NCBI GenBank assembly: GCA_050916045.1
Contig: CP051526.1
Coordinates: forward strand, 1,184,001 to 1,248,000
Origin: Tepidisphaera sp.
Lineage (GTDB): Bacteria; Planctomycetota; Phycisphaerae; Phycisphaerales; UBA1924
Direction of reading: 5' to 3'
Length of the DNA stretch: 64,000 nucleotides
Part shown: one piece after another, positions 51,516 through 61,282 of the stretch
How positions within the stretch are numbered: the first letter of the stretch is position 1
Layout of the letters: every line of letters starts with the position of its first letter
The notes under the pieces: model-generated
The model's input: only the letters and a program-made list of their open reading frames with translations
What the model was told of the DNA's origin: nothing
Database searches by the model: none
Translations under genes and position numbers: made by a program

Positions 51516-52238
51516 TCATCCCCGGCGAGGCGCTTCCTCTGCGACGATCATCGCCGCCGCGACCACCGCCGCGGTCTCGATCCTCATGATGTGAGGTCCG
51601 AACCGGCACACCCGGGCTCCCGCCGCGCGGGCTTGCCCAATCTCTTCCGGCGAGAATCCACCCTCGGGCCCCACAAGAAGCCGGATCGCTTCCGTTCCGC
51701 GAGCTTCGTACGCCTCGCCCTCCCCGTCCGCGATCACGACGTGCGGGTGCTGCAAAGCCTGCGAGAAGCGCAATCCCGGCGCGATCTCAAGCTTCCAGGC
51801 CCGGCCGCACTGCTTGGCCGACTCCGCCGCGATCCGCTCAAGCCGATCGATCTTTCCCGCTCCGGGCTCGACCACCGTGCGCACGGTATCGAGCGGAGCC
51901 CACGAAGCGGCTCCCACCTGCGACAAACCGTCGATCATCGCGCCCAGCCGGTCACCCTTGGGAGCACTGCTCAGAACGTGCACGGTGGGACTGACCCTTG
52001 GTTCTGTCGCGATCGTCGCGATCGCCACGTCCAAGGCCCACCCGTCGCGCCCGTGCTTGCGGGTCGCCGCGACCTTCCCTTCGGCGACGCGGCCAAGCCC
52101 GTCCAGCACCGTGACCGGAGCTCCTGCTTCGAGCCTTCGCACGCGGATCAGATGGTGAGCATCATCGCCCTCGATGGTGACGACGCCGCCGGGCTGGAAC
52201 AAACTGAGATCCGGATGATGGACGCGGTTGACGGACAT
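51516..52238 (-). CDS. rsmE: 16S rRNA m3U1498 methyltransferase
   Basis: HHLIRVRRL, ESAKQCGR, VGPEGGFS, IMRIETAA. Confidence 0.93.
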   Translation of the reverse strand: MSVNRVHHPDLSLFQPGGVVTIEGDDAHHLIRVRRLEAGAPVTVLDGLGRVAEGKVAATRKHGRDGWALDVAIATIATEPRVSPTVHVLSSAPKGDRLGAMIDGLSQVGAASWAPLDTVRTVVEPGAGKIDRLERIAAESAKQCGRAWKLEIAPGLRFSQALQHPHVVIADGEGEAYEARGTEAIRLLVGPEGGFSPEEIGQARAAGARVCRFGPHIMRIETAAVVAAAMIVAEEAPRRG

Positions 52239-52340
52239 CGTGCTCCTTTGGCGGTGAGCGTACCGCACCCCCGCCGACCCGGGGAGGGTGAATACCGAAC
52301 GTAAACCCACCGCCACGCCGAATCGGGTATGATGGTCGCC

Positions 52341-53660
52341 ATGTTGGTCTCGGTCCTCATCCTGACTTTCGCTCTCGCGCTCAACGCGGTCCTGGCGACC
52401 GCCGAGCTCGCGGTGATGACCAGCCGGAGCTCCCGACTTCAGCACGCGGCCGCCCGAGGCAACAAGGGGGCCGCTGCGGCGCTGTCGCTGGCTCGCGAGC
52501 CCACCGCGTTCCTCTCGACGGTGCAGTTCGGCATCACCCTCATCGGCATCTTCGCCGGTGCGTTCGGCGAGTCCTCCATCTCCGCGACGATCGAACCGCT
52601 TATCGCCAGGGTCGAGCTTCTCGAGCCGTACGCCGAAGAGATCTCCTTCGTCCTGGTCGTCTTCGTCATCACCTACTTCTCGCTGGTGGTGGGGGAGCTT
52701 GTCCCCAAGCGGATCGCGATGGCGTATCCCGAGGGCGTCGCCTGCTTTATCGCCAGGCCGCTCATGATTCTTGCCAAGGTCGCGTCTCCGGCGGTGCGGG
52801 TGCTCAGCTCATCCACCGACGCCGTGCTCAGCGTGCTCCGCATCAAGCCGCGGGGCGACGACGTCTCCGAAGACGACATCAAAGCCTTGGTGGCCCGCGC
52901 GGCCACCACCGGCGTCTTCGGCCCCCTCGAACACAAGCTCTTCCAGCGGCTCTTCCGGCTGGGCGATCTGAAAGTCCAGTCGCTGATGGTCCCGCGGCAC
53001 GAGATCATCCCCATCGAGCACGACATGTCCCTTCACGATGTCCGCGTGCTCGTCGGAACCAGCCCGCACTCGCACTTCCCGGTGATCCAGGGCTCGCTCG
53101 ACAAGCTCATCGGCGTGGTGCACATCAAGGACCTCATCGCGTACGGCCTGCTTTCCTCGCTCGAATTCAAGGTGACCGACGTCGCCCGCAAGCCGCTTTT
53201 CGTGCCCGAGGTGATGCCCGCGGTCAAGCTCCTGGACACCTTCCAGAAGACCCGGGCCCATATCGCCTTCGTCGTGGATGAATCCGGCGGCGTCGAAGGT
53301 CTGGTCACCCTCAACGACGTGGTGCAAGCCCTGGTCGGCGACATCTCCCGCCTCGGCGAGGAGCCCAACGCCCGCGCGATCCGCCGCAAGGACGGTTCGT
53401 TCCTGCTCGACGGCATGCTCTCTGTTCACGACGGCATGGTCGCTTTGGGCCTGCCCGACCCTTCGTCGGACGACCTGCCGGAGGTGACGACGGTCGCGGG
53501 CATGGTGCTCGCGCTGCTCGGCCACGTGCCGGATGTCGGCGAGCACGCGGACTGGATGGGCTGGCGCTTCGAAGTCGTGGACATGGACGGCCGGCGCGTG
53601 GACCAGGTGCTGGCGTACCGGATTCCAGCGGTGCAACCGGCGTCAGCTTCTCCGGAATAA
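52341..53660 (+). CDS. HlyC/CorC (CNNM) family membrane protein with CBS domains
   Basis: FLSTVQFGIT, GELVPKRIA, HSHFPV, VVDESGGVEGLVT, DMDGRRVDQV; ORF opens at 52329. Confidence 0.92.
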   Translation: MLVSVLILTFALALNAVLATAELAVMTSRSSRLQHAAARGNKGAAAALSLAREPTAFLSTVQFGITLIGIFAGAFGESSISATIEPLIARVELLEPYAEEISFVLVVFVITYFSLVVGELVPKRIAMAYPEGVACFIARPLMILAKVASPAVRVLSSSTDAVLSVLRIKPRGDDVSEDDIKALVARAATTGVFGPLEHKLFQRLFRLGDLKVQSLMVPRHEIIPIEHDMSLHDVRVLVGTSPHSHFPVIQGSLDKLIGVVHIKDLIAYGLLSSLEFKVTDVARKPLFVPEVMPAVKLLDTFQKTRAHIAFVVDESGGVEGLVTLNDVVQALVGDISRLGEEPNARAIRRKDGSFLLDGMLSVHDGMVALGLPDPSSDDLPEVTTVAGMVLALLGHVPDVGEHADWMGWRFEVVDMDGRRVDQVLAYRIPAVQPASASPE

Positions 53661-53681
53661 CCAGCGACCCCGGGAGGCCCG

Positions 53682-54296
53682 ATGCGAAAGAACCTGCCGC
53701 TGATCATCACCGCCATCCTCGTGATGGCCGTCATGCTCGCCGTGGCGATCTATAGCCGGCAGGTCGATGTCGGCCCCAGCCGGTCCGTGCAGTTCGCAAA
53801 CGCACTGGTCGTCAACGTCGACTCCAGGCTGCCCACTGCGGTGCTCATCGAAGCATTCCAGGCCGACGGATCGATGGTCCCGGTCGCGTGGGCGCAGCTG
53901 GACCCGGTTTACGGCACGGTGCAGGTCGGGGGAGTCAATCTGCCTGCGGGCGAAGTGTTTCAGGTCACGTGCCGGCCGGGCATGAGGGTGGCTCAGCTCG
54001 TCGGCGGCGTGCAGACGCCGCTCACGGCTTCGGGCAGCATCAGCGGTGGCGCGTCTTCGACCGTCGTGCTGGCCACGATCCCGGGTTTGGCACCACAACC
54101 GGGCTTTTCTGCGACCTTCTCTCCAACCCCGGGGATCTTGTGGGTGGCGCGGTCGTGGGATGTCGGCGGGACGATCACCTCGCAGGTCGCGACCGGGTTG
54201 GGCCCGGTGCCGCCGCCCGCGCCGCCCGAACCTCCTGCAAAAAACCCCGCCGATGGCGAAGCCCCGGCGACCAAAGCCGACGCCGGTGCGGGCTAA
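53682..54296 (+). CDS. Hypothetical exported or membrane-anchored protein
   Basis: GGAGG RBS; N-terminal hydrophobic segment, beta-rich body, Pro-rich tail. Confidence 0.65.
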   Translation: MRKNLPLIITAILVMAVMLAVAIYSRQVDVGPSRSVQFANALVVNVDSRLPTAVLIEAFQADGSMVPVAWAQLDPVYGTVQVGGVNLPAGEVFQVTCRPGMRVAQLVGGVQTPLTASGSISGGASSTVVLATIPGLAPQPGFSATFSPTPGILWVARSWDVGGTITSQVATGLGPVPPPAPPEPPAKNPADGEAPATKADAGAG

Positions 54297-54327
54297 AGAG
54301 CTGCTGGCCCTCGGCGATTACCCTCGG

Positions 54328-54834
54328 TTATCCCAGATGCGATGAAACCTCGTTCCAGTTCATCGCTTCGCTCGGCGGGCGGGCCTGCGACCACTTGATC
54401 TTGCCCCGGCCGTCGGCGGACTGTCCGATGACGATGGTGCCGCGCTGGCTGACGTTGAGGTCGGCCCAATAAAGCCCGTAGGCTTTGCACACCGCGCGGT
54501 GCATGTCGGAGAGCAGGGCCTGCTTGAGGCCCATCTGATCGGCCCAAGCTTTGTTGGCGGCGAAACTGTCGCAGGAGATGCCGACGACGTTGGCGCCCTT
54601 GTCCTTCCAGGACTGGAGCTCATCGTTGACGCATTTCATCTCGACCGAGCAGGTGGAGGTGAACGCGAAGGGGTAGAAGCTGAGGACGACATCGCCCTTC
54701 TTGACGTGCTCGGCGAGGCTCCAGTCGGCCCGGTCCTGGGTCTTGAGGGTGAAGTCCGGGGCGATCGACCCGGGGGGCAGGACGCCGGAGGGGCTGGCGG
54801 GGGAGGCGGTGCGGTTCGCGTCTGGGTTGGTCAT
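54328..54834 (-). CDS. Peroxiredoxin (AhpC/TSA, AhpE-like)
   Basis: APDFTL, FYPFAFTSTCSVE (PxxxTxxC), GISCDS, LLSD. Confidence 0.88.
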   Translation of the reverse strand: MTNPDANRTASPASPSGVLPPGSIAPDFTLKTQDRADWSLAEHVKKGDVVLSFYPFAFTSTCSVEMKCVNDELQSWKDKGANVVGISCDSFAANKAWADQMGLKQALLSDMHRAVCKAYGLYWADLNVSQRGTIVIGQSADGRGKIKWSQARPPSEAMNWNEVSSHLG

Positions 54835-55073
54835 GGGTGAAATTCCTCGTTCCTGGGCGAAGATTTGAAGGTCGGATCGCCGTTTCGGTGAAACTGCTAG
54901 ACTAGATCGTGATTATCCTACGGCCGCGGTCGGGCTCTCTGGACCGCGCGGCGTGAAGAAGATTTCATGACCTCACCGCTCGACTTGTGCTGCCCGACTC
55001 GTCCCGCCCGAGTTGACCCGCTCGATTTGATGAAAGGGGCAGGACGCCCCTGAGTAGAAAGCCCGGAGGGCCT

Positions 55074-55982
55074 ATGCCGACCTCAACCATGAATCCGGAC
55101 TCTCTCGCCGACCGTTACGCCCAGGTGTGCGACCGAATCGCTCGAGCCGCCGCCGTCTCCGGCCGCCGCGAGAACGAGGTCTTCCTCGTCGCCGTCACCA
55201 AGAACGCCGAACCCGAACAGATCCGCCAGCTCATCGACCTGGGCCACCGCGACCTGGGCGAGAACCGCGTCCAATCGCTGATGCAGCACGCCGCCCTCGT
55301 CGACGAGTACTTCAACCGACTCAAGGTCCTCCCCTCGATGCGGCGGCCGATCGACGAGCAGCAGCTCTTCCCCATGGGTGACGACAAGCTCGCCAACCTC
55401 GGCAGCAGTCGCCCCTCCGACAATCCCAAGCCCGCCGAGACCAAACGCTCCGGCATCCGCTGGCACATGATCGGCCACCTCCAGCGCAACAAAGCTCGCA
55501 AAATCGTCGACCTCGTGCGCTTGGTCCACTCCGTCGACAGCCTCCGCATCGCGGAAGAGCTTCAAGCGATCGCGCTCCGCCGCGACTGCGTCATCGATGT
55601 CCTGCTCCAGGTCAACTGCTCGGGCGAAGCCAGCAAGTTCGGCTGCCCCGTGCCCGCCGCCGTCCCCATGGCCGAACAGATCGAAACGATGATCAACGTC
55701 CGCCTCCGCGGCGTCATGACCATCGCGGCCGAAGGTGCTTCGGAACGCGAGACGCGAGCGACCTTCGCCCGCTGCCGCGACATCTACGAGGAAATCCGCA
55801 CGCAGGGGTACGGCGAAGGCCAGTGCAACCTGCTTTCGATGGGCATGAGCGGCGACTACGAGGACGCGATCAAGGAAGGCGCGAACATCGTCCGCGTCGG
55901 GTCCGCGATCTTCGGCGAGAACGCCCGCACCGACCTCCCCGAAGAGCCCGAACCCGAAGAGCCCGACGACGAGACCCTCTGA
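55074..55982 (+). CDS. yggS: PLP homeostasis protein, YggS family
   Basis: LVAVTK, GENRVQ, WHMIGHLQRNK, HSVDS, LSMGMSGDY, VRVGSAIFG. Confidence 0.93.
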   Translation: MPTSTMNPDSLADRYAQVCDRIARAAAVSGRRENEVFLVAVTKNAEPEQIRQLIDLGHRDLGENRVQSLMQHAALVDEYFNRLKVLPSMRRPIDEQQLFPMGDDKLANLGSSRPSDNPKPAETKRSGIRWHMIGHLQRNKARKIVDLVRLVHSVDSLRIAEELQAIALRRDCVIDVLLQVNCSGEASKFGCPVPAAVPMAEQIETMINVRLRGVMTIAAEGASERETRATFARCRDIYEEIRTQGYGEGQCNLLSMGMSGDYEDAIKEGANIVRVGSAIFGENARTDLPEEPEPEEPDDETL

Positions 55983-55993
55983 AGGCAACCTCT

Positions 55994-56017
55994 CGCGAGC
56001 CGGGGCGTGTCGCCCCG
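55994..56017 (-). repeat. 24-bp REP-like palindromic element, copy 2
   Basis: CGCGAGCCGGGGCGTGTCGCCCCG, exact reverse complement of 10827-10850. Confidence 0.75.
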
Positions 56018-56072
56018 CCGTCTGCGCGGTTGACCTCTGGCCAAAGGCCCTGCGTCCAAAGACAAACCGTGG

Positions 56073-56582
56073 TCAAGTTTGGGAGCGAACTTGATGAGGC
56101 GGCTTGTCGCCGATCCACGGCCAGAAGACCGCCAAGGCGAATCCGGTCGTCACAAACGCGAGAATCACGCCCAGAAGTCCGGCTGCCGACCAATCGGCGG
56201 GGGAAGCGTCAAGCACCGATCGAGTCGGGTCTTCCGGGCTGTACCACACGCGAACGGCTTGCCCGACGGGGTACTTCGCGATGAATTCGTACGCACTCTG
56301 TCGATCGATTCGAATTGGGTTGAACGAAGTGTCAGAACCCAACCTATCTACGCCGTTGACGACATATCGATAGCGAACGATCGGTTCGTGGTGGTTTCCA
56401 CCTCTGACGGCCGTGCGTTCTTCGACTCGAGAGTCAACGATGACACCTTCGCACGTCGGCCACTCCGCGGTCGATTCTTGAATGTTCGCTGCTCGCCACG
56501 CCACGCCGAACATGTACGAAGCGCCGAAGACAAGAACGCCGAGAATGAGAATCCACACTACTCTCGGAGGACCTGAGTGCAT
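56073..56582 (-). CDS. DUF3592-like membrane protein
   Basis: WPTCEGVIVDS, YRYVVNG, KYPVGQAVRVWYSPEDP; lower GC than neighbours. Confidence 0.8.
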   Translation of the reverse strand: MHSGPPRVVWILILGVLVFGASYMFGVAWRAANIQESTAEWPTCEGVIVDSRVEERTAVRGGNHHEPIVRYRYVVNGVDRLGSDTSFNPIRIDRQSAYEFIAKYPVGQAVRVWYSPEDPTRSVLDASPADWSAAGLLGVILAFVTTGFALAVFWPWIGDKPPHQVRSQT

Positions 56583-56624
56583 GGTGCAGGATATGCGGGC
56601 GATGCTCAAGACTACCATGGAGAA

Positions 56625-56987
56625 ATGCCCATGCCGCACCAACTCCTCACCCTCGCCGACCTCCCCATCGACCGCCCGATGCCGAAGATCTCGCGTCAAC
56701 GCGTGATCGGCGAGCACATGATGGTCTCCGCCGTCGTGCTGGAAGAAGGCTTCGCGCTCGAAAGCCATCACCACGCCAACGAACAGTTCGTGATCGTGCA
56801 ACGCGGCCGCTGCATCTTCGGCGTGGGCACCCCCGGCACGCCCGAACACCGCGAAGTCGAAGTTTCGACCGGCCAGGTGCTCGTCCTGCCTCCCAACCTC
56901 CCGCATAGCTGCCGCGCCCTCGAGCAAACCCACATCTTGGACCTCTTCAGTCCGCCGAGCGCGACAACAGGCGTCGACAAGCGCTGA
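56625..56987 (+). CDS. Cupin domain protein
   Basis: HHHANEQ, LPPNLPHS, LDLFSPP. Confidence 0.88.
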   Translation: MPMPHQLLTLADLPIDRPMPKISRQRVIGEHMMVSAVVLEEGFALESHHHANEQFVIVQRGRCIFGVGTPGTPEHREVEVSTGQVLVLPPNLPHSCRALEQTHILDLFSPPSATTGVDKR

Positions 56988-57074
56988 AAGAGACGCTGAA
57001 CGAGACGACCGCGCAAGCGGTCGAACGATTCCGCGACCACCTTTTGTTCCCGCCTTGCCGAGGTATCATCCTCC

Positions 57075-58580
57075 ATGCTCCTCGGCATCGACGTCGGCAC
57101 ATCCTCGGTCAAAGCCGTACTTCTCGACCCCTCCGGCCGCGTTCTCGCCGTCGGTTCCGCTCCGGTTCCGCTCCTGACCCCCGCTCCCGGCTGGACCGAG
57201 CAGGACCCCGAAGCGTGGTGGCAAGCCACCATCCACGCCGTGAAGCAGGCCATCTCCATCGCCCACGCTTCGCCGAGCGACATCCGAGCCGTCGGCCTCT
57301 CCGGCCAGATGCACGGCTCGGTCTTTCTCGACGCACCAAGCGTGCTCAGCGGCGGTCGCTCGCCGGGAGCGATCCGCCCCGCTCTCCTGTGGAACGATCA
57401 ACGCACCGCCGATGAACTCGAAGGCATCGAAGCCACCGCCGGCGGGCGTGCTTCACTCGTCAAAGCCGTCGGCAACGCCGCGCTGACCGGCTTCCAGCTC
57501 CCCAAGCTCCTCTGGCTCCGTCGCCATGAGCCGCAGCACTTCGCGAAGACCGCCGCCGTCCTCCTCCCCAAGGACTACATCCGCTTCCGCATGAGCGGCG
57601 AGCTCATCACCGACACGGGCGACGCTTCGGGCACGCTGGTGCTTGATGTCGAACACCGCCGCTGGCGCACCGACCTCATCGCCAAGCTCGGCCTCAATCC
57701 CTCTCTCTTCCCGCGCATCGTCGAATCCGCCAGCCCCGCGGGCACGATCTCGGAGTTCGGAGCCGAAGCCCTCGGCCTCCGCAAGGGCACCCTCATTGTC
57801 GGCGGAAGCGGCGACAACCAGTGCGGCGCTGTCGGCGCCGGCATCGTCGAGCCCGGCCGCGCCCTCGCGATCCTCGGCACCAGCGGTGTCGTCTACGCCC
57901 ACACCGACCGGTTCTCGCCCGACCTGCCCGCCGGCCGCACGCACGCGATGTGCTCCGCGGCCGGTGCGAACGCCTGGTGCGTCACCGGCGTCATGCTCTC
58001 GGCGGCCGGCTCGCTCCAGTGGGCTTCGGACAAGCTCTTTCCCGGCGTGCCGATGGAGACGCTTCTCGCCGAAGCGTGGGCGACGCCTGCGGGCGCGGAG
58101 GGCCTCGTCTTCGCGCCGTACCTGCAAGGTGAGCGCTGCCCGCACCCGGACCCAAACGCTCGCGGCGCGTTCGTCGGCCTGTCGCTGCGTCATGGCCGAG
58201 GGCACATGGTGCGCTCGATCATCGAGGGCGTGAGTTTCGCCATGACCGAGATTCTGACCCTTGTTCGCTCGCTCGGTGTCGATGTTCGCTCCCTCCGCGT
58301 CGGCGGTGGGGGAGCAAAGAGCCCGCAGTGGCGGCAGCTTCTCGCGGATCTCGCGAGCGTGCCCGTCGAGGTCCCGACGACCGAAGAGGGCGGCGCGTAC
58401 GGAGCGGCGCTGCTCGCAGGCGTCGGCGCGGGCGTCTGGCCCACCGTCGCGGACGCCTGCCACGCTTGCATCCAGACGACCGACCGCGCCGAGCCCCGCC
58501 CGCTCGACCCCGCTCTCGCGGCTTCCCAAGCCGCGTTTTCCCACCTCTACCCGCGCCTCCTCGCAAGCCGCCACGCATGA
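57075..58580 (+). CDS. xylB: Xylulokinase (FGGY family)
   Basis: GIDVGTSSVK, SGQMHG, LWNDQRT, PKDYIRF, DASGT, GDN, GERCPH. Confidence 0.9.
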   Translation: MLLGIDVGTSSVKAVLLDPSGRVLAVGSAPVPLLTPAPGWTEQDPEAWWQATIHAVKQAISIAHASPSDIRAVGLSGQMHGSVFLDAPSVLSGGRSPGAIRPALLWNDQRTADELEGIEATAGGRASLVKAVGNAALTGFQLPKLLWLRRHEPQHFAKTAAVLLPKDYIRFRMSGELITDTGDASGTLVLDVEHRRWRTDLIAKLGLNPSLFPRIVESASPAGTISEFGAEALGLRKGTLIVGGSGDNQCGAVGAGIVEPGRALAILGTSGVVYAHTDRFSPDLPAGRTHAMCSAAGANAWCVTGVMLSAAGSLQWASDKLFPGVPMETLLAEAWATPAGAEGLVFAPYLQGERCPHPDPNARGAFVGLSLRHGRGHMVRSIIEGVSFAMTEILTLVRSLGVDVRSLRVGGGGAKSPQWRQLLADLASVPVEVPTTEEGGAYGAALLAGVGAGVWPTVADACHACIQTTDRAEPRPLDPALAASQAAFSHLYPRLLASRHA

Positions 58581-59764
58581 TCCCCCCGCACATCCAGCCC
58601 GTCGTCGACCGCGCCATCCGCAAGCTCGCCGTGCTCACGCCCGACGCGCCCCTTGCGATCTGCCAAGCTCCCGGCCGCGTCAATCTCATCGGTGAGCACA
58701 CCGATTACTCCGACGGGTTCGTCATGCCCATGGCGATCGACCGCGCCTGCGTCGCCCTCGCCGCGCCATCGCGTGACGCTCTGACGCGGATCGCCTTCGC
58801 CGACCACCCCGATCTCGTCGAACTCGACCCGCGCGAGAAGCAGGAGCCCAACCTCCAAGCCGATCGCGGCTCCCCGCGCGGTTACGTCCGCGGCGTCATC
58901 CGCGGTTTCCAGGACCTTTTACAGGACCGCGGCCCGCTTCCGCCGCTCACCATCGCCATCGCCTCTTCCGTTCCGCTGGGCGGCGGGCTTTCAAGCTCCG
59001 CATCCCTCGAGATCGCTCTGGCGTCCCTGCTCGCCGCGATCACGCAAGCGACGCTCGAACCGTCGGACCTCGCAACCATCGGCCGCCGCGCCGAGCACGA
59101 ATTCGCCGGCGTCCCCTGCGGCATCATGGATCAGTTCGTGAGCGCCGGAGCCCGCCAGGGCCACGCGATGCTTCTCGACTGTCTCACAAGCTTGCCCCGG
59201 CACGTCCCCATGCCCGCAAATGCCGTCATCGCGATCATCGACACCGGCGTCCGTCATAGTCTCGCCGCGGGCGAGTACGCCATCCGCCGCCGCTGGTGCG
59301 AGCACGCCGCCCGCGAACTCGGCGTGACGACCCTCCGCGAAGCCACCGACGACGGCGGACTTGAACGCATCGATCGCTCAAGCCTCGCGGGCGACCTCCG
59401 CGCCGCCGCACGCCACGTCGTCTCCGAGAACCTCCGAACCCTCGCCGCGGCCGACGCTCTCCGCAAAAGCGACGCGGAAGCACTCGGTCGACTTATGAAC
59501 GACTCCCACGCTTCGCTCCGCGACAACTTCCGGGTGTCCTGCGACGAACTCGACGCCGCGGTCGAGATCGCACAGCACGTGGACGGCGTCCACGGCGCCC
59601 GCATGACCGGCGGCGGCTTCGGCGGAAGCGTCGTGGCCCTCTGCGACCCCCGAGCGGCAAGCCATCTCGCACAGGCGCTCGACGCTCGCTACCACGCCCG
59701 CACCGGCCGCACCCACACCATGTTCGTCACCCCCGCGTGCGGGGGTGCGAGCAGGCTCGCGTGA
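58577..59764 (+). CDS. galK: Galactokinase
   Basis: APGRVNLIGEHTDY, GGGLSSSAS, CGIMDQ, GARMTGGGFGG; ATGA overlap with xylB. Confidence 0.93.
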   Translation: MIPPHIQPVVDRAIRKLAVLTPDAPLAICQAPGRVNLIGEHTDYSDGFVMPMAIDRACVALAAPSRDALTRIAFADHPDLVELDPREKQEPNLQADRGSPRGYVRGVIRGFQDLLQDRGPLPPLTIAIASSVPLGGGLSSSASLEIALASLLAAITQATLEPSDLATIGRRAEHEFAGVPCGIMDQFVSAGARQGHAMLLDCLTSLPRHVPMPANAVIAIIDTGVRHSLAAGEYAIRRRWCEHAARELGVTTLREATDDGGLERIDRSSLAGDLRAAARHVVSENLRTLAAADALRKSDAEALGRLMNDSHASLRDNFRVSCDELDAAVEIAQHVDGVHGARMTGGGFGGSVVALCDPRAASHLAQALDARYHARTGRTHTMFVTPACGGASRLA

Positions 59765-59871
59765 CGAATGTGCGGGCAGCGCCGCGACCGATAATCGATC
59801 CACCCCTCGGAATCCCGGGTTTAGTTTGCCGGACGTGGCACAATGTGAGCGTGAGTCTGCCACAGCCAAAG

Positions 59872-60156
59872 ATGCCGTCCACGCGGGGTGATCCCCCCGA
59901 CGCGGTGCCGCGTCGGTACGCGGTCTTTCTCGCGGCGTGCACCGTGCTCACGATGGCGCTCGGACTCGGCAGGGACGATCAGACCCGCGGCCCCCTCTGG
60001 CACATGATGTGGATCCTGTCCCTCGTGGTGGTGCTCGCCACCCTCGCAGGTTCCCTCGCCCGTCGAAGCCGGGGTGCCGCCGCCACCGCCATGCGTTCGC
60101 GAAAGCCCGCGCACCCGGCGATGCCAACTCCGACCGAGTCCCCCAGTCCGTCCTGA
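59872..60156 (+). CDS. Small two-TM hypothetical protein
   Basis: Two hydrophobic segments; start uncertain. Confidence 0.5.
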   Translation: MPSTRGDPPDAVPRRYAVFLAACTVLTMALGLGRDDQTRGPLWHMMWILSLVVVLATLAGSLARRSRGAAATAMRSRKPAHPAMPTPTESPSPS

Positions 60157-60376
60157 GCTCCTCTTGGTCGACGGGGAGTCTTCCAGCAACATCAAGCCAT
60201 GATGCAGCTCGCGCAACGGGTTCGCTTCGCCTCCGCTTTCCTCGATTCTTTGGGCTTCGACGACTTCGTCCGCGTCTTCGCGACGGGCTGCCGAGCGCGG
60301 AGTCTGACTCCTCGTCGCGTGGTCAGCGCGAGCATCTGGCACCCGGCGTCCAGAGCGAACAAACCGCAAGGTCGCG

Positions 60377-60442
60377 TGTCAAGAATACTTGACATCCGTA
60401 AAATGTCGCGTATACTTGACACAGTGTCGTTCAATCTTGACA
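60377..60442 (+). promoter_or_regulatory. Three 18-bp TGTC-N7-CTTGACA operator boxes overlapping a sigma70-type promoter
   Basis: Boxes at 60377-60394, 60404-60421, 60425-60442; TTGACA (60389) + 16 nt + TATACT (60411). Confidence 0.8.
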
Positions 60443-60460
60443 TTGTGGAAGGGAGAGCGC

Positions 60461-60880
60461 GTGCTGCCATCGTTTGAAGAACGGAGCGTCTGGGTCCAGT
60501 TGATCGCGATCGGGCTTGCCATCGCGGGCTATGCGTCTGTCTCGGGGGTCATGCTTTCGAAAGGCATCGACACCTTCGCCGCGTACGTTCCGCTCTTCAT
60601 GGTTTCGGCGGCTCTGCTCGTCGTGCTTCTGGTGATCGGCCACATCATCGCCGCGGTGGTGGGCCGGCCTGAGCGTCGTGACGAACGAGATCGGCTGATC
60701 GGCTGGCGAGCCGAAAGCAACTCCTCCTGGCTTCTCGGCACGGGCATCTTCGGAGCGCTGACCGCGATGGTTCTCGAGGTTCCGACGGTGTGGGTCGCTC
60801 ACATCCTGCTGGGAGCCGTCTACGCGAGCGAGATGCTCAAGCTCGCGCTTCAAGCAGCGTACTACCGCCGGGGGTGCTGA
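60461..60880 (+). CDS. Membrane protein (DUF2178-like)
   Basis: SFEERSVW, DERDRLI, YYRRG end; 4 TM; GGAG RBS before GTG. Confidence 0.75.
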   Translation: MLPSFEERSVWVQLIAIGLAIAGYASVSGVMLSKGIDTFAAYVPLFMVSAALLVVLLVIGHIIAAVVGRPERRDERDRLIGWRAESNSSWLLGTGIFGALTAMVLEVPTVWVAHILLGAVYASEMLKLALQAAYYRRGC

Positions 60881-60882
60881 CC

Positions 60883-61131
60883 GTGCCTCCAACCGGACTT
60901 CGCAACCACATCCGCACGCTCCGCTTCCACGCCGGCGAGATGACTCAGCAGACGCTCGCCGACCGCATCGGCGTCAGCCGTCAGACCCTCAACGCCATCG
61001 AGGGCGGGAAATACTCCCCCTCGCTGGAGGTCGCGTTCAAGATCGCTCTGGCTCTGGGCAAACGGCTTGACGAGGTGTTTGAGTACGGCGAATGCGTCGC
61101 TGCCGCGTCAATCACTCCCAGCGCCTCGTGA
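60883..61131 (+). CDS. XRE/Cro-family HTH transcriptional regulator
   Basis: NHIRTLR, MTQQTLADRIGVSRQTLNAIEGGKYSPSLEVAFKIA, DEVF. Confidence 0.92.
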   Translation: MPPTGLRNHIRTLRFHAGEMTQQTLADRIGVSRQTLNAIEGGKYSPSLEVAFKIALALGKRLDEVFEYGECVAAASITPSAS

Positions 61132-61282
61132 CGGTTCGCCAATGTGTGGGGAGGCTAGGAAGCCTCCGCTTCGACCGCTCTCGCCAAACGGACGCGACGC
61201 CATCGGGCAAACTTGACGCTGAGGTGATACTCTGTGGCCGTGCGGCAATTGAGAGACGGCAAGCGGCAAAAGGAGTTTCCTC

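Noticed and set aside
55027..55075. Hammerhead-ribozyme-like TGATGA...hairpin...GAAA
   Set aside because: Core is TTGATGA not CTGANGA, extra bases separate stem II from GAAA, and the UH site and stem I are missing
59821..60477. Overlapping ORFs between galK and the operator (59821-60369 minus, 60199-60477 plus)
   Set aside because: No motifs or clear RBS, and they overlap better-supported features; a small minus-strand gene cannot be fully excluded
61185..61280. c-di-GMP-I riboswitch (GGCAAAC / GCAAA words)
   Set aside because: I could not build the required P1/P2 stems or tetraloop-receptor pairing
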